Below are positions 39,569-49,293 of a stretch of DNA of 64,000 nt, one piece after another. Numbering within the stretch: position 1 is the stretch's first letter; the number at the start of each line of letters is the position of its first letter. A model generated the notes under the pieces. That model searched no databases and had not been told where the DNA came from. It was given only the letters and a program-made list of their open reading frames with translations. Position numbers and translations under genes: made by a program. This DNA comes from Longimicrobiales bacterium (lineage in GTDB: Bacteria > Gemmatimonadota > Gemmatimonadetes > Longimicrobiales > Gaopeijiaceae), in contig CBDDCX010000007.1 in assembly GCA_965226375.1 (NCBI GenBank), positions 32,001-96,000 on the forward strand. The letters run 5' to 3'.

Positions 39569-40987
39569 ATGAATAGCTGGACCACACGCATGCTCCTGCC
39601 CGCCGCGATCATCGCGAGCGGAACAGCTTTGGCCGCCGCTCCTGCAGCCGGTCAGGCCGTCACACTGGAGCCGCACCAGGAGCTGGCCCGAGAGCTACTC
39701 CGGGAACTCATCGAGATCAACACGGTCGACTCGGCTGGCACCACTGCCGCCGCCGAGGCCATGGCCAAACGTTTGCTCGACGCCGGTTTTCCGAGTGAAG
39801 ACGTCAACGTGGTGGGTCCCAACGAGCGAAAGATGAACCTGGTGGCGCGGCTTCGCGGCAACGATTCCGGCAGGCAGCCGATCCTGCTTCTGGCCCATCT
39901 CGACGTAGTCGAGGCGCTTCCCACGGACTGGAACATGGATCCGTGGACGTTGAACGAGATGGATGGCTACTACTACGGCCGCGGCGTCACCGACGACAAG
40001 GACGAGGCCGCCATCTACACGGCCAACTTCATTCGGTACAAGCAAGAGGGATTCATACCGGATCGAGACATCATCATGGCGCTGACCGCCGACGAAGAGG
40101 GCGGCCAATTCAACGGAGTGCAGTGGCTCATCCAGAACCGGCGAGACCTCATCGAGGCAGGCTACGCGCTGAACGAGGGCGGTGGCGGCGCCATCAAGGA
40201 CGGCGCGCACCAGCTCAACTCGGTTCAGGCCAGCGAAAAGGTCTACCAGAGCTTTTGGTTCAGAGCTGACAATCCAGGCGGCCATAGTTCCCTGCCCCGA
40301 GAAGACAACGCGATCTACGACCTCGTGAACGCGCTCCTGAGGGTCAGCGAGTACCGCTTCCCGGTCATGCTGAACGAGGTGACGCGAGCGTACTTCACCG
40401 GAACCGCCCAAGTCGAGGGAGGCGCCATCGCGGGCGCGATGCGAACGATGCTCGCCGACCCCAGAAACGCTCCGGCAGTGGAGCGCCTCCAGGTCTTTCC
40501 GTACTACAACGCCCGCATGCGCACCACATGCGTGGCCACACGGCTGAACGGGGGCCATGCCGACAACGCGCTCCCTCAGACTGCCGAAGCGATGGTCAAC
40601 TGTCGGATTCTGCCCAATCACGACCCGGCGGAGGTGCTCGCCACACTCAGGCGTATCACCGGCTCCGGGGTAGAGATCACGCCCGACGCGACGCCCAACC
40701 CCAGCCCCCCGTCACCCCTGACTGGAGAAGTGCTGGGCCCCATCGTGCGGATCACCGAGGAGATGTGGCCGGGTGTACCCGTAGTGCCGACCATGAGCAC
40801 CGGTGCGACGGACGGCCTCTACCTGAGGCGTGCGGGAATCCCCGTGTATGGAGTGTCCGGCCTCTTCAGAGACGTCGACGATAGCCGGGCCCACGGCCAG
40901 GATGAGCGCATCCTGATCAGATCGTTCTTCGAGGGGCAGGAGTTCCTGTACCGGTTGGTGAAGGCACTGAGCGGGACGATCAGTTAG
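39569..40987 (+). CDS. Secreted M20/M25/M40 metallo-hydrolase
   Basis: AHLDVV, GRGVTDDK, ADEEGG, LNEGG, GGHSS, STGATDG, AHGQDER. Confidence 0.93.
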   Translation: MNSWTTRMLLPAAIIASGTALAAAPAAGQAVTLEPHQELARELLRELIEINTVDSAGTTAAAEAMAKRLLDAGFPSEDVNVVGPNERKMNLVARLRGNDSGRQPILLLAHLDVVEALPTDWNMDPWTLNEMDGYYYGRGVTDDKDEAAIYTANFIRYKQEGFIPDRDIIMALTADEEGGQFNGVQWLIQNRRDLIEAGYALNEGGGGAIKDGAHQLNSVQASEKVYQSFWFRADNPGGHSSLPREDNAIYDLVNALLRVSEYRFPVMLNEVTRAYFTGTAQVEGGAIAGAMRTMLADPRNAPAVERLQVFPYYNARMRTTCVATRLNGGHADNALPQTAEAMVNCRILPNHDPAEVLATLRRITGSGVEITPDATPNPSPPSPLTGEVLGPIVRITEEMWPGVPVVPTMSTGATDGLYLRRAGIPVYGVSGLFRDVDDSRAHGQDERILIRSFFEGQEFLYRLVKALSGTIS

Positions 40988-41008
40988 GCGAGCATACCTT
41001 CGTGTTCG

Positions 41009-41344
41009 CTACCCCACATTCTCCTGCTGGAAGTGCGGTCCAAGGTGAATATCCAACTGCACGAGTGGTACCTCGCCGATGCTCTGGAAGTTGTGGATCT
41101 CACCTGCCTTGATGACCAGAATGTCGCCCGGCCCCGCCTCATGCTCCTTGCCGTCGATCGTCCACCGTGCGCATCCCTCTTGAACGAACACCACCTCGTC
41201 ATAGGGATGGCGATGAGGACCGGGTCCGCTCCCGGGAGGGGCATCGACGACAAACGCCGAGATCGCGACGTCGCCTTGCTCGGCTCCCACGAACTCGTGC
41301 GAGATCCCATCAAAGGGAAGGTCCTGCGCACGGACTCGGTACAT
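41009..41344 (-). CDS. Cupin domain protein
   Basis: GPGPHRHPYDE..G..GDILVI.AG..H.F cupin motifs. AAGGAG RBS upstream. Confidence 0.9.
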   Translation of the reverse strand: MYRVRAQDLPFDGISHEFVGAEQGDVAISAFVVDAPPGSGPGPHRHPYDEVVFVQEGCARWTIDGKEHEAGPGDILVIKAGEIHNFQSIGEVPLVQLDIHLGPHFQQENVG

Positions 41345-41398
41345 GCTACCAGAGCTCCTTGACGAGGAACACATCGCGTTCGAGTGCTTCGATCATGT

Positions 41399-43297
41399 TC
41401 ACCAAGCCAGGGAAAGGGTCTCTCTGCGCACATCGCCGGCAGCGATCATCACCCCAGTCACGGGATCACGGTACACTACGGTCGGAGCACCCGACCTCAG
41501 GTTCCAGAGGCCCCACCACTCCACGTCGTGACCCAGATCTCTCAGCGCATCAGCCGTCTCCACAGGGATGCGATCCTCCAGAAGGAGCCCTGCCGGGTTC
41601 CGATTGATCTCGTTTCCGGTGGTGGGAAAGTTGTAGCTGCCGAAGCGGGGCTGATCGAGAGCCTGCTCGGGCGACATCCCCCACACCACCACGTTCAGGA
41701 AGACCTGCAACAGCGACTGGAGCTGTTGGTCCGCTCCCGGGGTGGACAGTCCCATGAAAGGCTCCCCGTCCCTCATGACCAAGAGCGGCGTGTTCGTATT
41801 TCTCGGCCGTTTGCCCGGAGCCATCACGTTGGCCAGGCGCGGATCGAGATTGAACTGACCCATACGACCGCCGAGGCCGAAGCCCCATCCAGGAACCAGT
41901 GGCGTGGAGAGGTGCCCGTCACTCTCCGTCATGGAAAAGAGATTCCCGTCGGCGTCCATGACGTTCAGTGACGACGTGTCGAAGATCGGGCTCTCCTCTG
42001 AAGTCGTGGTGCCGGCGGCAGTGAACGATCGAGGCGCATCCTCGGCCTCGGCGAGCATCCGTGCCGGATCACCCCAAGGTGGCATGTCCTGGAACGCGCT
42101 CTCGGCATCGATCAGGGACCGCCGAATTCGGGCATACTCCCTCGTGTAGAGCTCTTCCGGCACGTCCACGCAATCGGGATCGCCCACGTACTTGTGGCTG
42201 TCGGACATCGCCAGGTCGATGACCTGAGTGATCAGGTGGATGTAACCGGGCGTGTTGTAGCCCAGGGTCTCGAGGTCGACGTCCTCGAGCATGTTCAGGA
42301 TGAGGATCATACGCGGACCCTGGGACCAGCCGTCGCCGGTGAAGACGTCATAGCCTCTGAACGTCGTCTTCAGCGGGGCCATCCACTCACCTTGGTAGCT
42401 CGCCAGGTCGTCGTACGTGACGAGCCCTCCCAGCTCACCGAAGAAAGCGTCCACGGCACGAGCCGGATCTCCTTTGTAGAAGGCGTCCCGGGCAGCCCTG
42501 ATTCCCTCAGAGCGCGTGCTCCCCGTGGCCAGCGCCCGCTCCTCGGCGTCCATCATGTATCGAATGAGCCTCCCCAGATCAGGGTTCACCATCAGGTCAC
42601 CGACCTGTTGTTCGCCCACACCATGCTGGAACCAGAACTCGCGGTTGTACGGAAACTCCAGAGCGCCTCGGGTCTGATCGTCGATCATCCACTTCTGCAT
42701 CTTGTACAGGTAGTAGCCCTCTTCGGCGATCTCCAAAGCTGGGCCGGCAGCGTCGGAAAAACCGACGGTCCCGTACCGATCCAGAGCCGCCAGCCATACG
42801 TCGACATCGGCGGGCACGAGCGCCGTGTTAACCGGGTCCTTCCCGTTCTCGACGAAGTACTCGAGCGTCGCTCCCGCGGGCGACTTCCCTGCTCCGACCC
42901 GTGTCACTACCTGCTTTTCGGCAGCGCTATAGAGGATCAGCGGAGCTACGCCGGTCCAGCCCGCGTAGTCCATCTTCGTGACCTTGAGTGCCATGGCGGC
43001 GGTGACCCCGGCATCGAAAGCGTTGCCTCCCCGCTTGAGCATGTCCATGCCCGCCATGGTGGCGAGGTAGTGCCCCGTTAAAATGACTCCGCGGCTCCCC
43101 ATGAGCCTCGGGCGCATGGCCTCGACGTTGGCCGAATCGTATACGTGTCCGTAGCTCCTGAACGGGGAGAGAGTCCCGAGAAGGTCGTTCGACGTCCTCT
43201 CGGAGACGCCCTCGGGCGACAACAGACCGAGGGCGAGGCCGGTGCCTGTCCCAGCCAGGATCAGGACAGCGGACGGTATGAGCACAGCTTTCTTCAT
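41399..43297 (-). CDS. Gamma-glutamyltransferase family (Ntn hydrolase)
   Basis: GGNAFDAGV, FYKG, DLASY, D|TSSLNVMDADGN (Thr nucleophile), PGKRPR, TPGAD.Q.Q, PRF. Confidence 0.9.
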   Translation of the reverse strand: MKKAVLIPSAVLILAGTGTGLALGLLSPEGVSERTSNDLLGTLSPFRSYGHVYDSANVEAMRPRLMGSRGVILTGHYLATMAGMDMLKRGGNAFDAGVTAAMALKVTKMDYAGWTGVAPLILYSAAEKQVVTRVGAGKSPAGATLEYFVENGKDPVNTALVPADVDVWLAALDRYGTVGFSDAAGPALEIAEEGYYLYKMQKWMIDDQTRGALEFPYNREFWFQHGVGEQQVGDLMVNPDLGRLIRYMMDAEERALATGSTRSEGIRAARDAFYKGDPARAVDAFFGELGGLVTYDDLASYQGEWMAPLKTTFRGYDVFTGDGWSQGPRMILILNMLEDVDLETLGYNTPGYIHLITQVIDLAMSDSHKYVGDPDCVDVPEELYTREYARIRRSLIDAESAFQDMPPWGDPARMLAEAEDAPRSFTAAGTTTSEESPIFDTSSLNVMDADGNLFSMTESDGHLSTPLVPGWGFGLGGRMGQFNLDPRLANVMAPGKRPRNTNTPLLVMRDGEPFMGLSTPGADQQLQSLLQVFLNVVVWGMSPEQALDQPRFGSYNFPTTGNEINRNPAGLLLEDRIPVETADALRDLGHDVEWWGLWNLRSGAPTVVYRDPVTGVMIAAGDVRRETLSLAW

Positions 43298-43583
43298 GGC
43301 GATCCCCTACTGTGTCGACTTGGGAGAAACCCGGTGTTCAACGCGCCCCCACGGACCCGCGCACATGGGCATGGGATCTCCTTGCACCATTCGGCCCGAC
43401 GCCGGGAGCAATGGCTTGGCCGCGAGTCGTTCGATGCCCCGGTCGGGTCTTCTACGGTGCAGAACATACGGCGACCGTCCGCCATGAGGCGACCCTCAGC
43501 GATTCTAGATGACGGCCCCCACTATCCCGGGGCTGGCTGGTGGAATCCACGAGCCTATCTGTACGACGGACTCGGATCTGCGC

Positions 43584-43925
43584 TCAACCCCCGAAGAAGA
43601 TCGACACCGCGAAGTTGAGAAGGCCCAGCAGCAAGCTCCCGAACAAGGCCGGCTTGAACCCCTTCACCTCGAACCCCGGGACGAACGCCGCAGCGAGCAT
43701 GAGCATGAGGGTGTTCACCACCCAGATGAACAGTCCGAGCGTGATGATCGTGATGGGCATGGTGAGCACGACCAGGATGGGCCGAATCACCGCGTTGGCA
43801 AAGCCGAGAACGAGGGCCCCTATGAAGGCTGCGCTCGCATCCTCCACCTCGATGCCGGAAATCATCTTTCCGACCACGGCAAGGAGGCCGGCGGTCACCA
43901 GCAGGTGCACGGCAAACTGAATCAC
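43584..43925 (-). CDS. 4-TM membrane protein, YvlD/DUF360 (holin superfamily IV)
   Basis: ALVLGFANAVIRPIL..LT.PIT..TLGLF..VVN..ML..VPGF.V.GF..AL. Confidence 0.9.
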   Translation of the reverse strand: MIQFAVHLLVTAGLLAVVGKMISGIEVEDASAAFIGALVLGFANAVIRPILVVLTMPITIITLGLFIWVVNTLMLMLAAAFVPGFEVKGFKPALFGSLLLGLLNFAVSIFFGG

Positions 43926-44078
43926 ATTTTAATCCTGAAAAAGACGACTACGGTGCGGGATCGACCCTTCCCCAGCGATCGTCGATTCCCCTCTCATTAT
44001 GACGCATCAACGGCGCCAAGGGTTTCGTCACCCGTCGCGCGTCGAACGGCCAACCGGTCACTCGACCCTGCCGTCGCG

Positions 44079-46604
44079 TCACCCAGACCCGCCGGCCAAA
44101 CGTCCGAGGGCGCCCATGAGATCGGGCTTGTCGTCCAGCACGCCGAGGAGGGGATCCCCACCTTTGAGGCGCTTCATACGGGCTGGCACGGTCTTGATGG
44201 TGTGTTTCCGGATGTCCAGCTTGTTGGTCACCTCGCTCCACCGAAGGGGAGTGGACACCGCGGCCTCCGGCACGGGCCGGACGCAGAAGGGGGCTACCAG
44301 CAGCTGGCCGGAGGCGTTCTGCAGAAAGTCCACGTAGACCTTCCCTTCCCGGCTCCTGAGAGCCCGAGTGACGGTGGCGATTTCAGGCAGTTCTCCCACG
44401 ACCACACGGGCGAGCAGGTTCCCGAGCATGCGTGATTGTTCGTAGTCGATCTGCTGCCCGAGGGGAATCAGAACGTGAAGCCCTGAAGAACCGCTGGTCT
44501 TCACATAGGTGGGAAGCTCGATCTCCTGGCATACTTCGCGGATTGCCTTCGCCACCTTCACCACGTCGGTGAACGGCGCTCCCTTCGGATCCAGGTCGAG
44601 AATGCACCAGTCGGGCTTGGGCAGGTTCGACGTGCGACTCGACCAAATGTGAAGGGGGATGGCCGCGGAGTTGGCCACCCAAAGGAGCGACTCGACGTCT
44701 TCCACGACGAAGTAGTCGAGAACCTTTTCGGAGTCCTCGCTCACAACAGGCTCCCTTCGAAGCCACTCCGGCGCCCACTCCGGGGCGTTCTTCTGATAGA
44801 AGGAATTGCCGTCGATGCCGTCCGGATACCGCGTGAGGACCAGGCAGCGGTCGTCCAGGTACGGCGCGATCCATTCCCACACAGTGCGGTAATACTCGAT
44901 GAGGTCGCCCTTGGTGTAGCCCGTGTCGGGCCAAAGGACCTTGTCCAGATTGGTGAACGGAACCGTCCGTTCCACCGTGCGGTCCACCACCGTCACCGGC
45001 TCGGACAACGCCTCCTCCGCTCCGTCGTCCTGCCTGACACACTCCTCCGGCTGCTTGTCGTCCCTGAGGCGGACGAAGGAGGGGTGCCGGATCACGCCCC
45101 CTGACGTGAACTCCTTGTACTGGACTTCAGCGACCAGCCTCGGCTGGACCCAGTGGTGAGCCTTCCCCTTGGGCGCAGGACCGGCACAGGGAGGGCCGGG
45201 CTCACCTTCCAGCGACTCGAGTGACGCCAGGATCTCGTCGAGAAGGGCATCGCTGAAGCCAGTCCCGACGCTTCCGGAGTACGTCAGCTCCCCGTCGACG
45301 TATTGAGCCAGGTGGAGCGCCCCGAAACCAGCACGTCCACCCTTGGGGTCCGTGTAGCCAACCACCACGAAGTCGTCGGCCTCGACCGTGCGAATCTTGT
45401 ACCAGTTCTTCGAGCGGCCGGAGCGGTAGGGGCTGTCGGCCTTCTTGGCCACGATCCCCTCCAGGCGCATGTCCGTCACCTGCTTGTACATGGCCTCACC
45501 CCGCACCGGAATGTGATCCGAGTATCGTACGGGCCCCACGCTGGGGAGCACCGCCCGGAGGAGCTCTTTTCGGGACACGAGGGGCAGATCTCGCAGATCG
45601 AGTCCACCGAAAGCGAGAAGGTCGAACGCGTAGAAGACGGCCGGCAGGTCCAGCGTCGCCTGAAGAATGTCCGACCGTCTCTGCAAGCGGCCCCTCCGCT
45701 GGAGCCGGCTGAAACTCGGCAGGCCCGCCTCGTCGTGCACGACCACCTCTCCGTCCAGGACAGTGCCATCGTACGGCAGTCCCTGGAGCGCGCGTGCGAT
45801 GTCCGGGAAGGTCTCCGTGAGGTCGTTCCCGTTTCGCGACCACAGCACGGGCTGATCGGTCTCCCGGGACGCGATGAGCCGGTAGCCGTCATACTTGAGC
45901 TCGAAGATCCAACCCTCCTTGTCGAAAGGGGCCTCGCGGCTCGTGGCGAGCATGACCTTCATCTTCTGGGCGGACGGTGCCGCCTTCTCGGCTCCGAGTT
46001 GGCTGGCCAATTCGAGGATCTCTGCCTCACGCGCCCCCGGGTCGAGAAGCTGATCCACGAGGAGGCCCGAGTAGATGGAGTCGTCGGGATAGGCCTCCAT
46101 GCCCCGCTCGTCCACGTAACCATCCCGCTCCTTGATGAGCAGCCAGTGGTTGTCCCCCCGCTTGGGGGTGTGCACCAGAGTCCAGCGGCCCCGCAGTTTG
46201 TAGCCTCGGAGCTCGAAGAGCAGCTTTCCGTGCTCCAGCCCGTGTTTCTCGCCGGGAATCTCGATCCAGACGCCCTTGTCCCAACAGATGGACGGGCCGG
46301 CGCCGTACTGCCCCGCGGGAATCACTCCCTCGAATTCTGCATACTCGATGGGGTGCGGCTCCACGTGCATGGCAAGGCGCTTGTCGGCGGTATCCGGAGA
46401 GGGGCCCTTGGGCACCGCCCATGACTCCAGAGCACCGTCCATCTCGAGGCGCAGGTCCCAATGTAGGGAACTCGCATGGTGCTTTTGCACGACGAACAGC
46501 CGGGCAACTCCCCCCGAAGCCATGCCCCCGAAGGGCTCGGGCGTTTCAGCTGCGGAGCGCTTCTCTCGATAGTGCTTGAGACGGTCGTCTGGGGTGGATG
46601 CCAT
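44079..46604 (-). CDS. ligD: NHEJ DNA ligase D (phosphoesterase - ligase - polymerase)
   Basis: PE: FVVQKH.A..LHWDLRLE..SWAVPKGPS. LIG: ELKYDGYR, LDGE, EGIVAK. POL: TNLDK..TKGDL..RYPDG..FYQK, DLDP, KTSG..GLH. Confidence 0.96.
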   Translation of the reverse strand: MASTPDDRLKHYREKRSAAETPEPFGGMASGGVARLFVVQKHHASSLHWDLRLEMDGALESWAVPKGPSPDTADKRLAMHVEPHPIEYAEFEGVIPAGQYGAGPSICWDKGVWIEIPGEKHGLEHGKLLFELRGYKLRGRWTLVHTPKRGDNHWLLIKERDGYVDERGMEAYPDDSIYSGLLVDQLLDPGAREAEILELASQLGAEKAAPSAQKMKVMLATSREAPFDKEGWIFELKYDGYRLIASRETDQPVLWSRNGNDLTETFPDIARALQGLPYDGTVLDGEVVVHDEAGLPSFSRLQRRGRLQRRSDILQATLDLPAVFYAFDLLAFGGLDLRDLPLVSRKELLRAVLPSVGPVRYSDHIPVRGEAMYKQVTDMRLEGIVAKKADSPYRSGRSKNWYKIRTVEADDFVVVGYTDPKGGRAGFGALHLAQYVDGELTYSGSVGTGFSDALLDEILASLESLEGEPGPPCAGPAPKGKAHHWVQPRLVAEVQYKEFTSGGVIRHPSFVRLRDDKQPEECVRQDDGAEEALSEPVTVVDRTVERTVPFTNLDKVLWPDTGYTKGDLIEYYRTVWEWIAPYLDDRCLVLTRYPDGIDGNSFYQKNAPEWAPEWLRREPVVSEDSEKVLDYFVVEDVESLLWVANSAAIPLHIWSSRTSNLPKPDWCILDLDPKGAPFTDVVKVAKAIREVCQEIELPTYVKTSGSSGLHVLIPLGQQIDYEQSRMLGNLLARVVVGELPEIATVTRALRSREGKVYVDFLQNASGQLLVAPFCVRPVPEAAVSTPLRWSEVTNKLDIRKHTIKTVPARMKRLKGGDPLLGVLDDKPDLMGALGRLAGGSG

Positions 46605-46784
46605 GTGGAAACGTTAGCGGGGGCCCGTGGGCGGGCAACACCTATCCCACCTGATATCTACTGGAAAGGAGCGGAGGGCCACCCCAGATTACCCTGGTCC
46701 TAGCGGAGCTGGACCGAACGAGCTTGTGTCGACCAGGCCCGCGGATATCGAACCGGAGACAGCACCGAACTCGATGGAGGTCCC

Positions 46785-48230
46785 ATGCGTGACAGGATCC
46801 GTTATCCCAAAGGCCTTCCTCGATGGGCACCCCACGAGGTGGTCGTGACTCGGTTGGTACGGGCTGTCGCCGTGTTCGCCGTAGCCGTTCTCGGGCTGTC
46901 GGGCGCCCACCTCACCGGCCAGGACCTGCCAACCGCACCCGCCGACGCGATGGGCAAGCTCGGGGGCTCGCCGAACGTGCAGCTGCTGAGCCACCTGCCC
47001 CTGGAGGGGTTCTTCTACAACGGTGGGATCGACATCGAACAGGAGATGTCGCGTCCGTACGCATATGTCCCGCTCTGGCTCGACAAAGCGGGCTTCGTCG
47101 TGATCGACCTCGCGGACCCCGAGGATCCACGCATCATCTACAGGTGGGAGATCGAAAACGCAGAGCTACACCAGTTCGGTCGAGGTGAGACGGGCAAGTA
47201 CTTCAAGACGGGCGATCGTTACTACTACGTGAAGACGACAGTTTTCGGCACCGCCGGCCCGGACCCGGACCTGTGTGCGGTGGTGTTCGATGTGACCGGC
47301 CTCCCCGACCCGGACAGTGTTCGAGAGGTCGGTCGCATCCGGTCGCCGGATATCGTTACCGGATGCTTGAGCGTGTTTCCCTACAAACACTCCGATGGCC
47401 GCACGCTTCTGCTGGCAGGGGTGCGGGCGGCCACACCCGGCACCGTACCGCATGGCAAGATCTACGACATGGACCGCTTCCTGGCTGGGGATGCTGACCA
47501 GGGATACGTAGGACCCGTGCCGCTACCCGACCTCGGGCTCGGGCCGACCAACTCCGCCTATCACGATCTCTATGCGGCGTATGATGTCGCCAGAGAGCGC
47601 GACGTAGTGTATGGCGGCGGAGCGGGTGGTTATCACATGTACGACCTGACGATTCCCGAGGCGCCCAAGTACTTGGGTTCGATTTCGGGCACGAGCGGAA
47701 TCCAGCGCGGCCATACGATCATCGCGACCCCGGACGGCCGCTACGGCGTGACTCAAATGGAATATCAGTTCGCGCCCATGATGGTTTTCGACCTGGCACC
47801 CATTCAGGACGGGATCACCCAGCGAATCTCACGGCCCCAGGGGGCATGGATCGCGGACTGGAGAGACCTGGCCCACAACATGGAGGTCCGCTGGCCCTAC
47901 GTGTTCGTAGCCGCTTACGAAGACGGCCTCCAGATCTTCGACATGCACGACCCGGCGGAGCCTGTGACCCTCGGGTGGCACTATACGTGCCAATGCACCC
48001 ACCAGACGGGGTTCGGGGGAGGCGACCGCATCAGGGGAACTAGCGTCTTCAACGGTGCCATGGAGGTCGACGTTCGGAATGAAGACGGGCTGATCGTGGT
48101 CAGCGACCTCAATACCGGCTTCTGGGCCTTCCGGCTCAACGGCTTCACCGGATGGAACGGCCGGGACTACGGTCTTCCCAACGTCTCGAGCGCCCAGAAC
48201 TGGGACTTTGGACCGACCGAGGGCAGATAA
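46785..48230 (+). CDS. Secreted LVIVD-repeat beta-propeller protein
   Basis: DIEQE..RPYAY, FVVIDLADP, HNMEVRWPYVFVAAYEDGLQIFD, DGLIVVSD..TG.W. The true start may be a GTG near 46839. Confidence 0.8.
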   Translation: MRDRIRYPKGLPRWAPHEVVVTRLVRAVAVFAVAVLGLSGAHLTGQDLPTAPADAMGKLGGSPNVQLLSHLPLEGFFYNGGIDIEQEMSRPYAYVPLWLDKAGFVVIDLADPEDPRIIYRWEIENAELHQFGRGETGKYFKTGDRYYYVKTTVFGTAGPDPDLCAVVFDVTGLPDPDSVREVGRIRSPDIVTGCLSVFPYKHSDGRTLLLAGVRAATPGTVPHGKIYDMDRFLAGDADQGYVGPVPLPDLGLGPTNSAYHDLYAAYDVARERDVVYGGGAGGYHMYDLTIPEAPKYLGSISGTSGIQRGHTIIATPDGRYGVTQMEYQFAPMMVFDLAPIQDGITQRISRPQGAWIADWRDLAHNMEVRWPYVFVAAYEDGLQIFDMHDPAEPVTLGWHYTCQCTHQTGFGGGDRIRGTSVFNGAMEVDVRNEDGLIVVSDLNTGFWAFRLNGFTGWNGRDYGLPNVSSAQNWDFGPTEGR

Positions 48231-48303
48231 GCGTAGGGACCGACGGGCGGCAGAATAGAGCCGAGACGGAAACGTCCACCCGGCAGCACCTGTCATATTT
48301 TTA

Positions 48304-48335
48304 TTGCGTTCCGTCGCCTCGTGAACATATGTTTC
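48304..48335 (+). promoter_or_regulatory. Putative ku promoter (TTGCGT-N18-TATGTT) overlapped by an SOS-box-like palindrome TGAACATATGTTTC
   Basis: AT-rich patch. 48322-48335 fits GAAC-N4-GTTY and ends 37 bp upstream of the ku ATG. Confidence 0.5.
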
Positions 48336-48372
48336 CTTCCGCCTTTGAGTCTGGTAAAGGGAGTTTTTTTCA

Positions 48373-49221
48373 ATGGCCGCACGCCCGATTTCAACGTCGA
48401 CCATCTCGTTCGGATTGGTCTCCGTGCCGGTAAAGCTTTATGCCACCGGGGAATCCAAGTCCAAGATCTCGTTCAACATGGTCCACAAGGACTGTGGAAC
48501 GCGCGTAAAGCAGCAGTACATCTGCCCCAAGGACGACGTGATCGTCCCCCGCGAGGACATGGTGAAGGGGTACGAGTTCGCCAAGGGTCAGTACGTGCTC
48601 TTTACCCCGGAGGAACTCAAGGCGGTAGAGCAGCCCAAGACCGACTCGATTCAGATCACCGAGTTCGTTCCGGCAGACCAGGTGGATCGCCTGTTGCTGG
48701 ATCGGGCCTATTACCTCGGACCCGACAAGGGGGGTACTCGGGCATATCTGCTCCTCTCAGCGGCCCTGCAGGAAACCGAACGAGTGGCCATCGCCAAGTA
48801 CGCGACTCGCGGCAAGCAGTATCTGGTCATGGTGCGACCCTTCGGAGAAGGTCTTCTCCTGGAGCAGCTGCGCTACGCCGACGAGGTCCGAGACTTCGCC
48901 GACGTGCCCATCGAGGAGGGCGAGGTGAGCGAATCTGCGCTCAAGCTCGCAACGCAGCTGGTGGCTCAGGCTTCCTCAGACGAATTCAAGGCCGAGGTCT
49001 ATAAGGACGAGGTCCGGGATCGAATGCTGGAGCTCATTCAGCAGAAAGTCGACGGCGAGGAGATCGTTTCATCGATCACGGAAGAGCCGCAGACGCAGAT
49101 CATCGACCTGATGGCGGCTCTCAAGGCCAGCCTCTCCGATGAGGGTGAGGAGAGGAAGCCGGCCAAGAAAGCATCCAGCAAGAAGAAGACCTCCGCCAAG
49201 AAGAAGGCGTCCTCCGGCTGA
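48373..49221 (+). CDS. ku: NHEJ Ku protein
   Basis: ISFGLVSVPVKLY, KGYEF.KG.YV, I.EFV, YYLGP, IIDLMAALKASL, Lys-rich tail. Confidence 0.96.
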   Translation: MAARPISTSTISFGLVSVPVKLYATGESKSKISFNMVHKDCGTRVKQQYICPKDDVIVPREDMVKGYEFAKGQYVLFTPEELKAVEQPKTDSIQITEFVPADQVDRLLLDRAYYLGPDKGGTRAYLLLSAALQETERVAIAKYATRGKQYLVMVRPFGEGLLLEQLRYADEVRDFADVPIEEGEVSESALKLATQLVAQASSDEFKAEVYKDEVRDRMLELIQQKVDGEEIVSSITEEPQTQIIDLMAALKASLSDEGEERKPAKKASSKKKTSAKKKASSG

Positions 49222-49293
49222 CCGACCAGGTCCTGAGCCAACGCCCGCCCCTCGGCGTCTGATGGAGAACCTGCCCGAATCGGAAGCGGGGAG

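Noticed and set aside
43584..43925. Holin-family gene as evidence of a prophage
   Set aside because: YvlD/DUF360 proteins are common chromosomal membrane proteins, and there are no phage genes nearby.
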